The notes beneath the pieces were generated by a model. It ran no database searches. It was not told where the DNA came from and saw only the letters and a list, made by a program, of their open reading frames with translations. The position numbers and the translations under genes are program-made. A DNA stretch of 33,860 bases, taken from positions 1 to 33,860 of the IMG/VR virus record IMGVR_UViG_3300037461_000406; one strand, written 5' to 3'. Positions within the stretch are counted from its first letter, which is position 1. Every line of letters begins with the position of its first letter. Shown one piece after another: positions 26,417-33,860 of the stretch. The stretch is from a virus. Lineage: Duplodnaviria; Caudoviricetes.

Positions 26417-26484
26417 TATTTCTTTCCTTTCTTACCTTTCTGGGACATGGATCGCATCCCTTTTTTGTGTTCGGAGCACGGCAT
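26416..26484 (-). CDS. 22-aa Lys-rich peptide (not in ORF track)
   Basis: MPCSEHKKGMRSMSQKGKKGKK; perfect TAAGGAGGT RBS; stop overlaps the next ATG. Confidence 0.7.
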   Translation of the reverse strand: MPCSEHKKGMRSMSQKGKKGKK

Positions 26485-26497
26485 GGTAATTACCTCC

Positions 26498-28669
26498 TTA
26501 GTAGTTTCCCGCGGTTCGGCCCGCGGTGCCTCCACTTTCTCCGCCCTGTTGGGCCTCGGGCATCATGCCCTGGGGTCCAGCCATAGGCGCGCTGGGGGGA
26601 GCGGGCGGAGCGCCTCCGCCTCCAGGTTCAGTGATTCCCATGGCTGCCTTTTCCGCCATCTTCTGGTTGTTCTCTTCTTCTATAGCCTCCAACGCGGCCT
26701 GGTGCATATCCAAGTGCGCCCGAGCCCACATCTGCCTTTCCCTCGGAAGATCCGGAAACTCACTGGAGAGGATGAACTCCAGAAGGACTTTGGCATGAAC
26801 CACGTGGTTATCGTACCGGAACGTCGGGTCGTAGGTCTTGGGGAACAGAGCAATGATCTCGCCGGTCTGCTCGTCGATGATCGGCGCCCCGTCCTCGCCG
26901 GGTATAGGGGCGTTCGGAAGCGCGACACCCTTGATCTCGTCATCGCCGCCAAAAGCAAAGATGGAGTTTTCTTTCTCGGCTTTGTCCTGGTGCAGGTTGT
27001 CCTCGTCGGGAAGGGTCCCCATGCCCATGCGTTTCGCGATCTCCCGCCGCATCCTTGGCTGCAAAACCAGGTCTCCGAAGAATCCGTATTGCAGGAGTTT
27101 TAGGAATATCTCGTTCTTGCCAGCCTGGGTGGAAGACATCCCGCTGTCCAGTTCCAGCCGAACATCTGTGTTGCCGCGCAGATCGGATCCCTTGAATGCC
27201 CGGATCTTGATCTTGTTCCCTTCGCCGGGGATCTTCAGCATCCGGGTTTCGGTGAACAGGGACTGTGCGACGGTGAGCCGTTTGCGCTGGACCTTACCCC
27301 AGTTTCGATAAAACCTTTGAATATCCGGGCTATGGGAAGACTCCGCAGCTTCACGCAGAGTATCCACCATGACCCCAGACGCCCCGGAAGTCGGAGACTG
27401 CCCGCGCAGAATGTTCTTGGGATCCCCGCCGGCGTCCTGGGCCACGCCGCGCTGAACGTCTCTTTCCTTCAATACTTGTTCCGGGAGTGGAACGCCTGAG
27501 TGGATCTCCGGTTTGGCCCCTCCGGAATTTCGAGCGTCATATTCGACGGCCAACAGTGCCTGTCCCCGCTCGGACATGCGGCGAAGGGTGAGCTGTGCCG
27601 GGGAGAGAATCATCGGACGCCCCAGGGATTTCCGGTTGATAGAGAGCCCCTGGTCGATTTCGTTGATGGTGTTTTGCGGAGAGATCAGGTCATCCACCCC
27701 GCCGGTGGGCCAAAATGACCCGGGGGTGAAATTGTACGGGAAGTGCGTGATGCTATAGTCCCACCCGCCGGTTTTGGTGTCGGACTTAATGGGCATCACG
27801 TCCACTTTCTTCACGACTTGGTCCCCGGCCATTGCGTAGTATCTTCCTTCCTTGAACTGGCTGGTGGGGCGGTACTCGATCTCTCTAAAGAGCACGAGCT
27901 CCTCCTGGACATCCTCGACCGTTTGCTCGACGCCGTGAAACTTCCAGGGGGACACGTTCGCAACTAATTGAAGTAGTTGCCTTTCGTAGTCCACAAGTCT
28001 CTTCTCGCCCTCGTCCACCTGGACTAGCGTCTTGAAGGTGTCTTCCACCCACTCCTTGGACTTGAGCGACTTGATCCCAACAAAGGCCTTTTTCTCTAAC
28101 TTGGTCCCTAGAGGAGCCACCACGACATTGAAGGGCAGGAGATGCTCGGTCGCGACTTTGCCGGTGCCTACCCTGCTATCTCCGAGAAACACCCCATCGT
28201 TGACTTCCGCGAAGGTCCGGCAGAACCCCGATCCGGTCAAAATCATCCACATAGCCACCCATTCCTGGGTGTCCAGGATGTCGTAGTCATCGAGAGAGTC
28301 CATCCAGATCAGGGCTTGCTGGGCCAACTCCGCGGCCTCGATGTCCATGCGCTCCCGGGAGTTCGGCCAGACCCGGCTTTGGTATTTCTTGTTAAGCACG
28401 AGCGCCTTCGTGGACCGGACGTAATCCTTTATAATGTTCGACACCGGGGTAGGCACGTTGCCGGTCAAAGTGTACCGGCGCCCAAAGGTCCGGGACTCTT
28501 CGAACCACGACAACCATTGCTCGCCCAGGTAGTAGAGAATGTTTCGAAACCACGTCATTTCGAGCACTGAGCGTGCCGGATCTCGGGCAGGATCGACGAA
28601 TACTCGGTCAATCTCCTGTTTGACGTACAAGTCAGACATCTTGTCTTTCGGAGTGTATTGTTCAGGCAT
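26498..28669 (-). CDS. Portal protein (723 aa)
   Basis: 'NILYYLGEQW', 'SNIIKDYV', 'SFWPTGGVDDLISPQNTIN', 'SGASGV', 'DNHVVH'; downstream of terL. Confidence 0.85.
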   Translation of the reverse strand: MPEQYTPKDKMSDLYVKQEIDRVFVDPARDPARSVLEMTWFRNILYYLGEQWLSWFEESRTFGRRYTLTGNVPTPVSNIIKDYVRSTKALVLNKKYQSRVWPNSRERMDIEAAELAQQALIWMDSLDDYDILDTQEWVAMWMILTGSGFCRTFAEVNDGVFLGDSRVGTGKVATEHLLPFNVVVAPLGTKLEKKAFVGIKSLKSKEWVEDTFKTLVQVDEGEKRLVDYERQLLQLVANVSPWKFHGVEQTVEDVQEELVLFREIEYRPTSQFKEGRYYAMAGDQVVKKVDVMPIKSDTKTGGWDYSITHFPYNFTPGSFWPTGGVDDLISPQNTINEIDQGLSINRKSLGRPMILSPAQLTLRRMSERGQALLAVEYDARNSGGAKPEIHSGVPLPEQVLKERDVQRGVAQDAGGDPKNILRGQSPTSGASGVMVDTLREAAESSHSPDIQRFYRNWGKVQRKRLTVAQSLFTETRMLKIPGEGNKIKIRAFKGSDLRGNTDVRLELDSGMSSTQAGKNEIFLKLLQYGFFGDLVLQPRMRREIAKRMGMGTLPDEDNLHQDKAEKENSIFAFGGDDEIKGVALPNAPIPGEDGAPIIDEQTGEIIALFPKTYDPTFRYDNHVVHAKVLLEFILSSEFPDLPRERQMWARAHLDMHQAALEAIEEENNQKMAEKAAMGITEPGGGGAPPAPPSAPMAGPQGMMPEAQQGGESGGTAGRTAGNY

Positions 28670-28934
28670 CTTGGTCCTCTACTTTACGTTTCGTACAGAT
28701 TAAGGGAATCAGGCTACCTATTGCCGAACCAACCGCGTAGGCCAAGGCGATCCGCCAGTCCCCGGTTGAAATGAAATTCTTGAACACCAGCATTGCCACT
28801 AGGGTCTCCGCGAACACAGTCAGCGGGACCACCACATAGTTTTCCCGGATGGTGAAGATGGTTCTGGTTAGTGCGAGTGCCCACTCTACGAACCCAACGA
28901 AACCGTAGAGGGACAGGAGGAGGCTCAGTGTCAT
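28662..28934 (-). CDS. Small 3-TM membrane protein (DUF5698/UPF0316 N-terminal-like)
   Basis: Three hydrophobic segments; 'RTIFTIR...FAETLV...ALAYAVGSAIG'. Confidence 0.6.
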   Translation of the reverse strand: MTLSLLLSLYGFVGFVEWALALTRTIFTIRENYVVVPLTVFAETLVAMLVFKNFISTGDWRIALAYAVGSAIGSLIPLICTKRKVEDQDA

Positions 28935-28960
28935 CGGAAATCTCCCAACGCGGCATCCAT

Positions 28961-29221
28961 CTACCTCACGGCAATGCCCTGCGATTCCTCCAGCCGAACA
29001 GCTTCCCGAGCGAGCTCATTCTCCAGCTTCATCTCGGCCAGTTTGTCCTTGGGGGTCTTGCGCAGATTCTCTATGGACTGGATATATTGCCCCACATCCT
29101 TGGCAAGAATCGCGGATAACAACTCTCTTTCCCGGTCGATAGCTCGTTTGCGCTCCCGGTCGAGAGCCCAGTATGCGTAGGCTGCGAACAGCACGATCAC
29201 GCCAACTAGTCCTTCAAGCAT
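28961..29221 (-). CDS. Single-TM coiled-coil protein (86 aa)
   Basis: Start reassigned to ATG 29221 (GGAGGAG RBS); N-terminal TM helix. Confidence 0.7.
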   Translation of the reverse strand: MLEGLVGVIVLFAAYAYWALDRERKRAIDRERELLSAILAKDVGQYIQSIENLRKTPKDKLAEMKLENELAREAVRLEESQGIAVR

Positions 29222-29730
29222 GAAAACTCCTCCTTGATTTTCTTCAGCTCCTCGTCGATCAGGTACATCCGGACCCACTCGTAGGACTTGCCGAATACCT
29301 CCGCGATTTCCCGCAATGACATCCCCAGGTAGACATACGCCACGAGTGCGAATTGTTTCTGCTCGTCAGCGATCGAGTAAATCCGGTTGAGGACTTTCTG
29401 CGCCATTGTCTTGGTGTCGATCAGAGCGTCCAGCTCGTCGTGGTAATCCTCCGGAGAGTGGGAATCATCCAGTTCCACTATCTTGGTAGCCTGGGTCTTC
29501 TTGACCTTGTAGGCATACACAGACAGGGCCGACGCTTTCCGGAACGCATCCAACATGCCGTGCAACATGTTGCGCCCCTCCAGCCACGCGATCATCCCTT
29601 CCTGCACGTAGTCCTCGAAATCCAATGAGCCCGGGAGAATGCCTTGGTATCTGAGCATCAAACTCCTCGCTATTTTGCGGGCTGCCCTATACGCGAGCTC
29701 TACTTCTAAATCCTTATCCGTCCTTTCCAT
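29206..29730 (-). CDS. Sigma-70 family (region 2 + region 4) sigma-factor-like protein (174 aa)
   Basis: 'ARKIAR...DFEDYVQEGMIAWL' (region 2.1/2.2) and 'YLGMSLREIAEVFGKSYEWVR' (region 4 HTH). Confidence 0.75.
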   Translation of the reverse strand: MERTDKDLEVELAYRAARKIARSLMLRYQGILPGSLDFEDYVQEGMIAWLEGRNMLHGMLDAFRKASALSVYAYKVKKTQATKIVELDDSHSPEDYHDELDALIDTKTMAQKVLNRIYSIADEQKQFALVAYVYLGMSLREIAEVFGKSYEWVRMYLIDEELKKIKEEFSCLKD

Positions 29731-30215
29731 GTGTCGTAGTACCCCCTTACTCCAGTTTCGTAAAACGGCTCTCCAAAGCCGTCATCAGTGACGCCGCTCG
29801 GTGATTCCCCGGGAGTGGGAGGTGGCGGAGTTCCCCCGCCTCCTTTGTACCAGGGTATGAACTTGCTTGTCGTGGAAGGCTCGGAAGTCTTGGGAGGAGT
29901 CTGAGCAATGGTGGTCTGGACCTGGGCGCCCGGCGTCACCCCGGTCTTGGCGACTGTGTTGAGACTTTCGTAGGCTTTGCGGAGAGTGTCCTGGGTCTCT
30001 TTGTCGGACTCACCCTTTACCACGGTGGATTCTGTGGGAGTGACCTCTTCCTGACCGCCTACCGGCTGTTCGGCACCACCCTCACTACCTCCTAGTGGAA
30101 CGGTGTTTCGGCTGGTGATCCGGGACTTGGCCGGAGGCAGACTTTGGGTCCTTCGGCGCTGTGGTGCTCCAGTCTCTACCTCGTTCCAGAACGTGCTCCA
30201 ATCGTACTCTTCCAT
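29706..30215 (-). CDS. Pro/Thr/Gly-rich disordered protein (169 aa)
   Basis: GGAGGG RBS directly after the terL stop; low complexity. Confidence 0.65.
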   Translation of the reverse strand: MEEYDWSTFWNEVETGAPQRRRTQSLPPAKSRITSRNTVPLGGSEGGAEQPVGGQEEVTPTESTVVKGESDKETQDTLRKAYESLNTVAKTGVTPGAQVQTTIAQTPPKTSEPSTTSKFIPWYKGGGGTPPPPTPGESPSGVTDDGFGEPFYETGVRGYYDTWKGRIRI

Positions 30216-30226
30216 TTAACCCTCCA

Positions 30227-32611
30227 CTACGAAAACAGGTGCTTCAACGCGGGCATGGAGCGAAACAGATCCTCCGCGTCTATGTTGAACTCGTCGTCGA
30301 AATCGTCTTCGCGTAACCCCACGGATCTCGGGTCCAGGATTATGTCGGATCCTGCGCGTCCGGACTGGTCGGCAATTTGCCGTTGCAGGAGAAAGAGTTC
30401 CTGGGCTGCGGCGCGAGATGCGGTGTCAAGCTGAGCAATAGTTTTCGCGTGCGAGACGATAGCTGCTTCTCGCGAAATCGAATCAAAATCGGCTCCAATG
30501 GGTCGGGCCATGCAGATGTGGCACGATTCGTCATAGCAATTATGCGATACGATACCACTGCCCAGCGTAAATGAGTTGGACCCCGGCACATTCAGACAGT
30601 AGACATCATTCAACTCGTTGACGATTTCGGTCCAGAGCACCTTTACAGTGTTTCTTCCACTGCTCTTTGTGCCACTCCCGGCCTTCCACGCTACCGTGCC
30701 ATTTCCGTGCTCCGGCCTGCATCGCTCGGACCCAATTTGTGTGGTCCATCTGCCTGGCGTGGTAGACTCGGTGTTGCTTATTGGGGAGGATTCCCAAGTT
30801 CTCCGGGGCATTATTTGAACGGTCCCCGTCCTGATGGTGAACTTCCCACCCAGCAGGAATAGGCCCCCAGTTGTCTTTATAGACCGTGTGGTGAAGTCGT
30901 TTGCCGTGCCGTTGAAAATAGGATCCACACAGCCAGTAGCGGTCTCCACGGTATTCTTGACAAGTAGGTCCAAGAACGTCAGGTACTGTGCCTCCTTCCA
31001 ACCGTTTACGGTCAGGAATTGGTGATCCGGCGTACATGTTATAGTACCAGTCTCCGTTACTAGACGTAGAGTACGCGCATTCGTTCGGGTTTTCCAGCAT
31101 TTTGTGTAGACCTCCCATTCTCCGTTTTGGTTCAGTATATACCCAGTGGTGCCCACCAGATCCTTAATTTTCCAGACCCCGTGCCCTGTCAACACTTCCG
31201 TATCTCCGTGCAGACAATGGTCCTCCTGCCCCTCTTCGATAACCTCTATGTTGTCCTCGTCAAGTGCGATGCTGGGGATCGTGCGGATCCAGTCCGAGCA
31301 CGTCGAGTACACTACTAGCATGGGGAGCTCCGACTTGGACGCAGGGATCCTTAATCTGTTCCGGAATTGCCGGAGTTTCTTCTCGCGATCAGCGTCCCCG
31401 GGCCGCATCTTCAAAGAGATGTCTTGTCCGAACTCAGCTTTTGCAGTCGGGGAGGCGGCGAACTCATTAAACTCGTCAGCAGTTGACGGACCCTGTCCCC
31501 CGCCGAGATAGTTGGGTTTACGGCGGAAGGAGTCAGGTCCAGCAAGTCGGTCAATCTTTCGGCCTCCAATTCCCAGTTCTCTTTCTCTCTGTAGTATTCC
31601 ATGCGCAATCTCCCGGTCAGTCAGCCGCAGCCCGCGGTTGGGGTTTTTGCCGTCCCAGCCATACCACTCGCCGAACCGATACACTCTGTTATCGTTGTCA
31701 ACCCACCACCAGCCCACCGAAAAGGGAGCCCCGTACCCCCAGTCAAACGTCATGTAGATGGGGACGTGCTCGGGAACGGGCCAAATCGGGTCGATCACGT
31801 GGCGGGACGGGTCGATGTAGAATGCCTGGCCGATCGTGACGTTCCAATCGCCGCGCAACCAGGCCTCCAGCAACGCCTTGTCCGAGATTGCGGCCAGTTT
31901 CTTCTTGTAATCCCGGGCGTTTATGGACGGATTGTCCTCTAAGACTGAGTGAATATACACCCGGGAGATGTTCTCTACCACATCCTCAGTGCCCAAATCA
32001 AATCGGACTTCCACGTTTTGCACTTTGCCCCACGTGGACTGGTCAGTGAGTTTGTAAAGCAGCTTGAGCGTGGATGCCCCGGCGCCTCCAGGGTTCCCGG
32101 TCATGAACAAAGAGGTGTGGATGTCGCGTTTTGACCTGAGTGTGCCGCGCATTTTGTCGATAACGGTGGCGATGTAGCTGATCTGCGGAGCCTCGTCGAT
32201 GGTGACTTCGCAGAATTCGAAGCCCTGCCAGTCGTCGAGCTGTTTCACCTGTTGGAACGCGGTCAGGATTATCTCCGCACCCTTAGCGGGACCCGAAAGG
32301 AAGCGAACTAGATTGGATTGGTTCTCGCCGCCTATCCGCTCGGCGGGCATACCGCGGCGAATCAGCTCGTCGAATCCGCGTTTCAGGCCGCCTAAGTCCT
32401 TATATTTCTTGCGCGCCATGAGGCCACGCCAGTCGATGCCATACTTCGTGGCGCCCCGAATCTGCCGGCCTATGGCAGTCGCGGACTTCCCGCCACCCCG
32501 GGTCCCGGCGAACAATACCTCGTCGGCGGGGCAGGTAGCGGCCAGTGTTTGTTTGCCCGGGTGGGGCATCCAATACACGGGAAGGGGTTTGGATGTGTTA
32601 CCAGTCTTCAT
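30227..32611 (-). CDS. terL: Terminase large subunit, intein-containing (794-aa precursor, 568 aa spliced)
   Basis: Walker A 'AGTRGGGKS', Walker B 'VTIDEA', 'TGNPGG', 'WLRGDW', nuclease 'FDWGY' and, after splicing, 'EDH|CYDE'. Confidence 0.95.
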   Translation of the reverse strand: MKTGNTSKPLPVYWMPHPGKQTLAATCPADEVLFAGTRGGGKSATAIGRQIRGATKYGIDWRGLMARKKYKDLGGLKRGFDELIRRGMPAERIGGENQSNLVRFLSGPAKGAEIILTAFQQVKQLDDWQGFEFCEVTIDEAPQISYIATVIDKMRGTLRSKRDIHTSLFMTGNPGGAGASTLKLLYKLTDQSTWGKVQNVEVRFDLGTEDVVENISRVYIHSVLEDNPSINARDYKKKLAAISDKALLEAWLRGDWNVTIGQAFYIDPSRHVIDPIWPVPEHVPIYMTFDWGYGAPFSVGWWWVDNDNRVYRFGEWYGWDGKNPNRGLRLTDREIAHGILQRERELGIGGRKIDRLAGPDSFRRKPNYLGGGQGPSTADEFNEFAASPTAKAEFGQDISLKMRPGDADREKKLRQFRNRLRIPASKSELPMLVVYSTCSDWIRTIPSIALDEDNIEVIEEGQEDHCLHGDTEVLTGHGVWKIKDLVGTTGYILNQNGEWEVYTKCWKTRTNARTLRLVTETGTITCTPDHQFLTVNGWKEAQYLTFLDLLVKNTVETATGCVDPIFNGTANDFTTRSIKTTGGLFLLGGKFTIRTGTVQIMPRRTWESSPISNTESTTPGRWTTQIGSERCRPEHGNGTVAWKAGSGTKSSGRNTVKVLWTEIVNELNDVYCLNVPGSNSFTLGSGIVSHNCYDESCHICMARPIGADFDSISREAAIVSHAKTIAQLDTASRAAAQELFLLQRQIADQSGRAGSDIILDPRSVGLREDDFDDEFNIDAEDLFRSMPALKHLFS
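30539..31216 (-). mobile_element. Intein in terL (226 aa, residues 466-691)
   Basis: Block A 'CLHGDTEV', block B 'CTPDHQF', block F 'DVYCLNV', block G 'VSHN|C'. Confidence 0.95.
30606..31100 (-). CDS. HNH endonuclease nested in an alternative frame inside the intein
   Basis: 'RLHHTVY...GPIPAGWEVHHQDGDRSNNAPENL...HRVYH' (HNH_3-type). ATG 31100 has GGAGGT 9 nt upstream; the ORF track starts it at 31118. Confidence 0.85.
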   Translation of the reverse strand: MLENPNECAYSTSSNGDWYYNMYAGSPIPDRKRLEGGTVPDVLGPTCQEYRGDRYWLCGSYFQRHGKRLHHTVYKDNWGPIPAGWEVHHQDGDRSNNAPENLGILPNKQHRVYHARQMDHTNWVRAMQAGARKWHGSVEGREWHKEQWKKHCKGALDRNRQRVE

Positions 32612-32939
32612 CGGCGTCAGGCTTTTCCAAACACGCGGTGTCCGCGCAGGACTCAGTGCAATTTATGCACGGGTTGGAGGGAAGAAACTCCAAATCGTCC
32701 CAATCGTCCGGGTCTTCCGGCGCGGCCTTGACCACGTACTCCTTCTCGCAGTCGTAATCGCAACCCGCACAAAGCAGGTCGCACAGAGTCTCCGGCGCGT
32801 ACCCCGCGGCGATCAGAATCTTGCGCGCCATGTCGGGCAGGTCAGGGTCCACGCACTCCTGGGTCACGGAGATCTTGTCCTGGATCCCGTTTGTTCCTAC
32901 CGTTTCCAGTGTCAGCTTTGAGTAAGGGGTCTGATTCAT
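32598..32939 (-). CDS. Acidic Cys-rich hypothetical protein (113 aa)
   Basis: CxxxCxxCxxxC and CxxCxxxCxxxxC clusters; purine-rich RBS; overlaps the terL start. Confidence 0.65.
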   Translation of the reverse strand: MNQTPYSKLTLETVGTNGIQDKISVTQECVDPDLPDMARKILIAAGYAPETLCDLLCAGCDYDCEKEYVVKAAPEDPDDWDDLEFLPSNPCINCTESCADTACLEKPDADEDW

Positions 32940-33024
32940 ACTCTTCCTTCTCCTTTCGGTAAAAACTGTCCTCGTTAAAGCAAGCCCGGCCTAGCCAGCA
33001 CCAGAGCCGGGCCAGCCAGCCCAT
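32842..33024 (-). CDS. Possible small hypothetical protein (60 aa)
   Basis: Starts 2 nt after the upstream stop but overlaps the next gene by 98 nt. Confidence 0.35.
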   Translation of the reverse strand: MGWLARLWCWLGRACFNEDSFYRKEKEEYESDPLLKADTGNGRNKRDPGQDLRDPGVRGP

Positions 33025-33026
33025 GG

Positions 33027-33206
33027 TTACACCCCCAGGATTTTCCGCACCGCCTTAACGACCTGGTCCGGCGTAATGTCCGCGTCTTCAATCCACTTTT
33101 TGATGTCCGCCTCATTTTTGCTGAATCGGCTGTAGTTGTTGCGCATAATCAACGCGCCGACCACAATCCCCGCCGCTGCCACAATCGCCAAAGAAATTAT
33201 GTCCAT
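33027..33206 (-). CDS. Single-TM small protein (59 aa; not in ORF track)
   Basis: MDIISLAIVAAAGIVVGALIMRNNYSRF...KILGV; GGGAGG RBS. Confidence 0.7.
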   Translation of the reverse strand: MDIISLAIVAAAGIVVGALIMRNNYSRFSKNEADIKKWIEDADITPDQVVKAVRKILGV

Positions 33207-33219
33207 TTTCTGCCTCCCT

Positions 33220-33253
33220 TTAGTTAGTTACTAAGTTACTAAGTCTCTAAGTC
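33220..33253. repeat. Short tandem 8-mer repeat, copy 1
   Basis: TTAGTTAGTTACTAAGTTACTAAGTCTCTAAGTC. Confidence 0.85.
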
Positions 33254-33470
33254 ACTGTTTCGTCGGCTCGTCCACTTCAAACTCCACGATCGGGTAGCCG
33301 AGCTGCTTGTTCTGGTACTTTTCCGCCGCCTCCCGGGTCCCGAACACGGCAAACGCGCCTATCATCCCGTCGGCCCACGTACACGGCAGCACGAATCGCT
33401 CCCGGCGTTCGAGGTCGGCGACTTGCACGGACTGTTTGAGCTGCCCCACCATGTAGACTTTGCGCGTCAT
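33252..33470 (-). CDS. Hypothetical protein (72 aa), apparently leaderless
   Basis: ATG lies 6 nt after a -10-like hexamer; no RBS. Confidence 0.65.
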   Translation of the reverse strand: MTRKVYMVGQLKQSVQVADLERRERFVLPCTWADGMIGAFAVFGTREAAEKYQNKQLGYPIVEFEVDEPTKQ

Positions 33471-33476
33471 ACCCTA

Positions 33477-33504
33477 AAGATAACCATCCTTTGTGCTTTG
33501 TCAA
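33477..33504 (-). promoter_or_regulatory. Sigma-70-like promoter
   Basis: TTGACA (33499-33504) - 16 nt - TATCTT (33477-33482). Confidence 0.6.
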
Positions 33505-33534
33505 GCCCTAGACCACAAGATATTGTGTGCCGTC

Positions 33535-33592
33535 TTAGTTAGTTACTTAGTTACTTAGTTACTAAGTCTCTAAGTCTCTATGTAACTAACTC
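33535..33592. repeat. Short tandem 8-mer repeat, copy 2
   Basis: TTAGTT-AGTTACTT-AGTTACTT-AGTTACTA-AGTCTCTA-AGTCTCTA followed by inverted GTAACTAAC. Confidence 0.85.
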
Positions 33593-33663
33593 ACTATCAC
33601 TCAGTCTAACTAAGTCCAAATTTTTTCCCAAAAAATCTGCGGCGTGCCTCCCTGCATTAGTTA

Positions 33664-33692
33664 GTTAGACAGTTGGTGCCGCAGTGTCTAAC
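33664..33692. promoter_or_regulatory. Palindromic protein-binding site, second copy
   Basis: GTTAGACA-N13-TGTCTAAC; same arms and spacing as 25358-25384. Confidence 0.6.
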
Positions 33693-33778
33693 CCCAAAAC
33701 TTGGGTTGGGTATTGGGGATCCAGGGACTCTCTTGTGGCTAACGTGCGATCCGGGGGGCACCCCCTCCCCCGGGGGGC

Positions 33779-33860
33779 CTATTCGCCCTTCTTACTCCAT
33801 TCAGTCAGTGTCTCCGGCTCCTCCGGGTAGGTCAGGTCCTTGAACGCCTCGCCCTGGTGC
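33779..33860 (-). CDS. 3' end of an upstream gene (possibly terminase small subunit)
   Basis: Open frame ...HQGEAFKDLTYPEEPETLTEWSKKGE* entering from the right edge; identity inferred only from position. Confidence 0.35.
   Translation of the reverse strand, partial: HQGEAFKDLTYPEEPETLTEWSKKGE

Noticed and set aside
33220-33600. Repeats as a CRISPR array
   Set aside because: Units are 8 bp and contiguous, with no unique spacers and no cas genes.
1-33860. Stop-codon reassignment, tRNA or rRNA genes
   Set aside because: Genes tile densely under the standard code with TAA, TAG and TGA all used as stops; no cloverleaf or rRNA-like sequence noticed in the few gaps.

Overview
The window is the packaging and morphogenesis arm of a short-tailed (podovirus-type, P22/epsilon15/T7-like architecture) dsDNA phage or prophage. 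Essentially all real genes lie on the minus strand, many coupled by TAATG/ATGA overlaps. In transcription order (right to left): an AT-rich repeat/promoter region, small genes, terminase large subunit (interrupted by an intein carrying an HNH gene in another reading frame), a sigma-factor-like gene, portal, two tiny basic peptides, a lytic transglycosylase, an HNH, scaffold, major capsid protein, a beta-helix head protein, a free-standing HNH, an APS kinase plus sulfotransferase pair, adaptor and nozzle, a Cys-rich fibre-like protein with two paralogous small partners, and three probable ejection proteins. The largest of these ends in a B12-binding/radical SAM module. An accessory fibre block follows, then a >1450-aa polyvalent protein (glycosylase-like, LPD23-like and two HExxH domains) that runs off the left edge and is absent from the ORF track. 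The best candidates for undescribed biology are the virion-associated radical SAM enzyme, the sulfation module inside the structural operon, the out-of-frame intein HNH, and a palindrome (TTAGACA-N13-TGTCTAA) shared by the two promoter regions. All product calls come from motif recognition and synteny; no database search was run.
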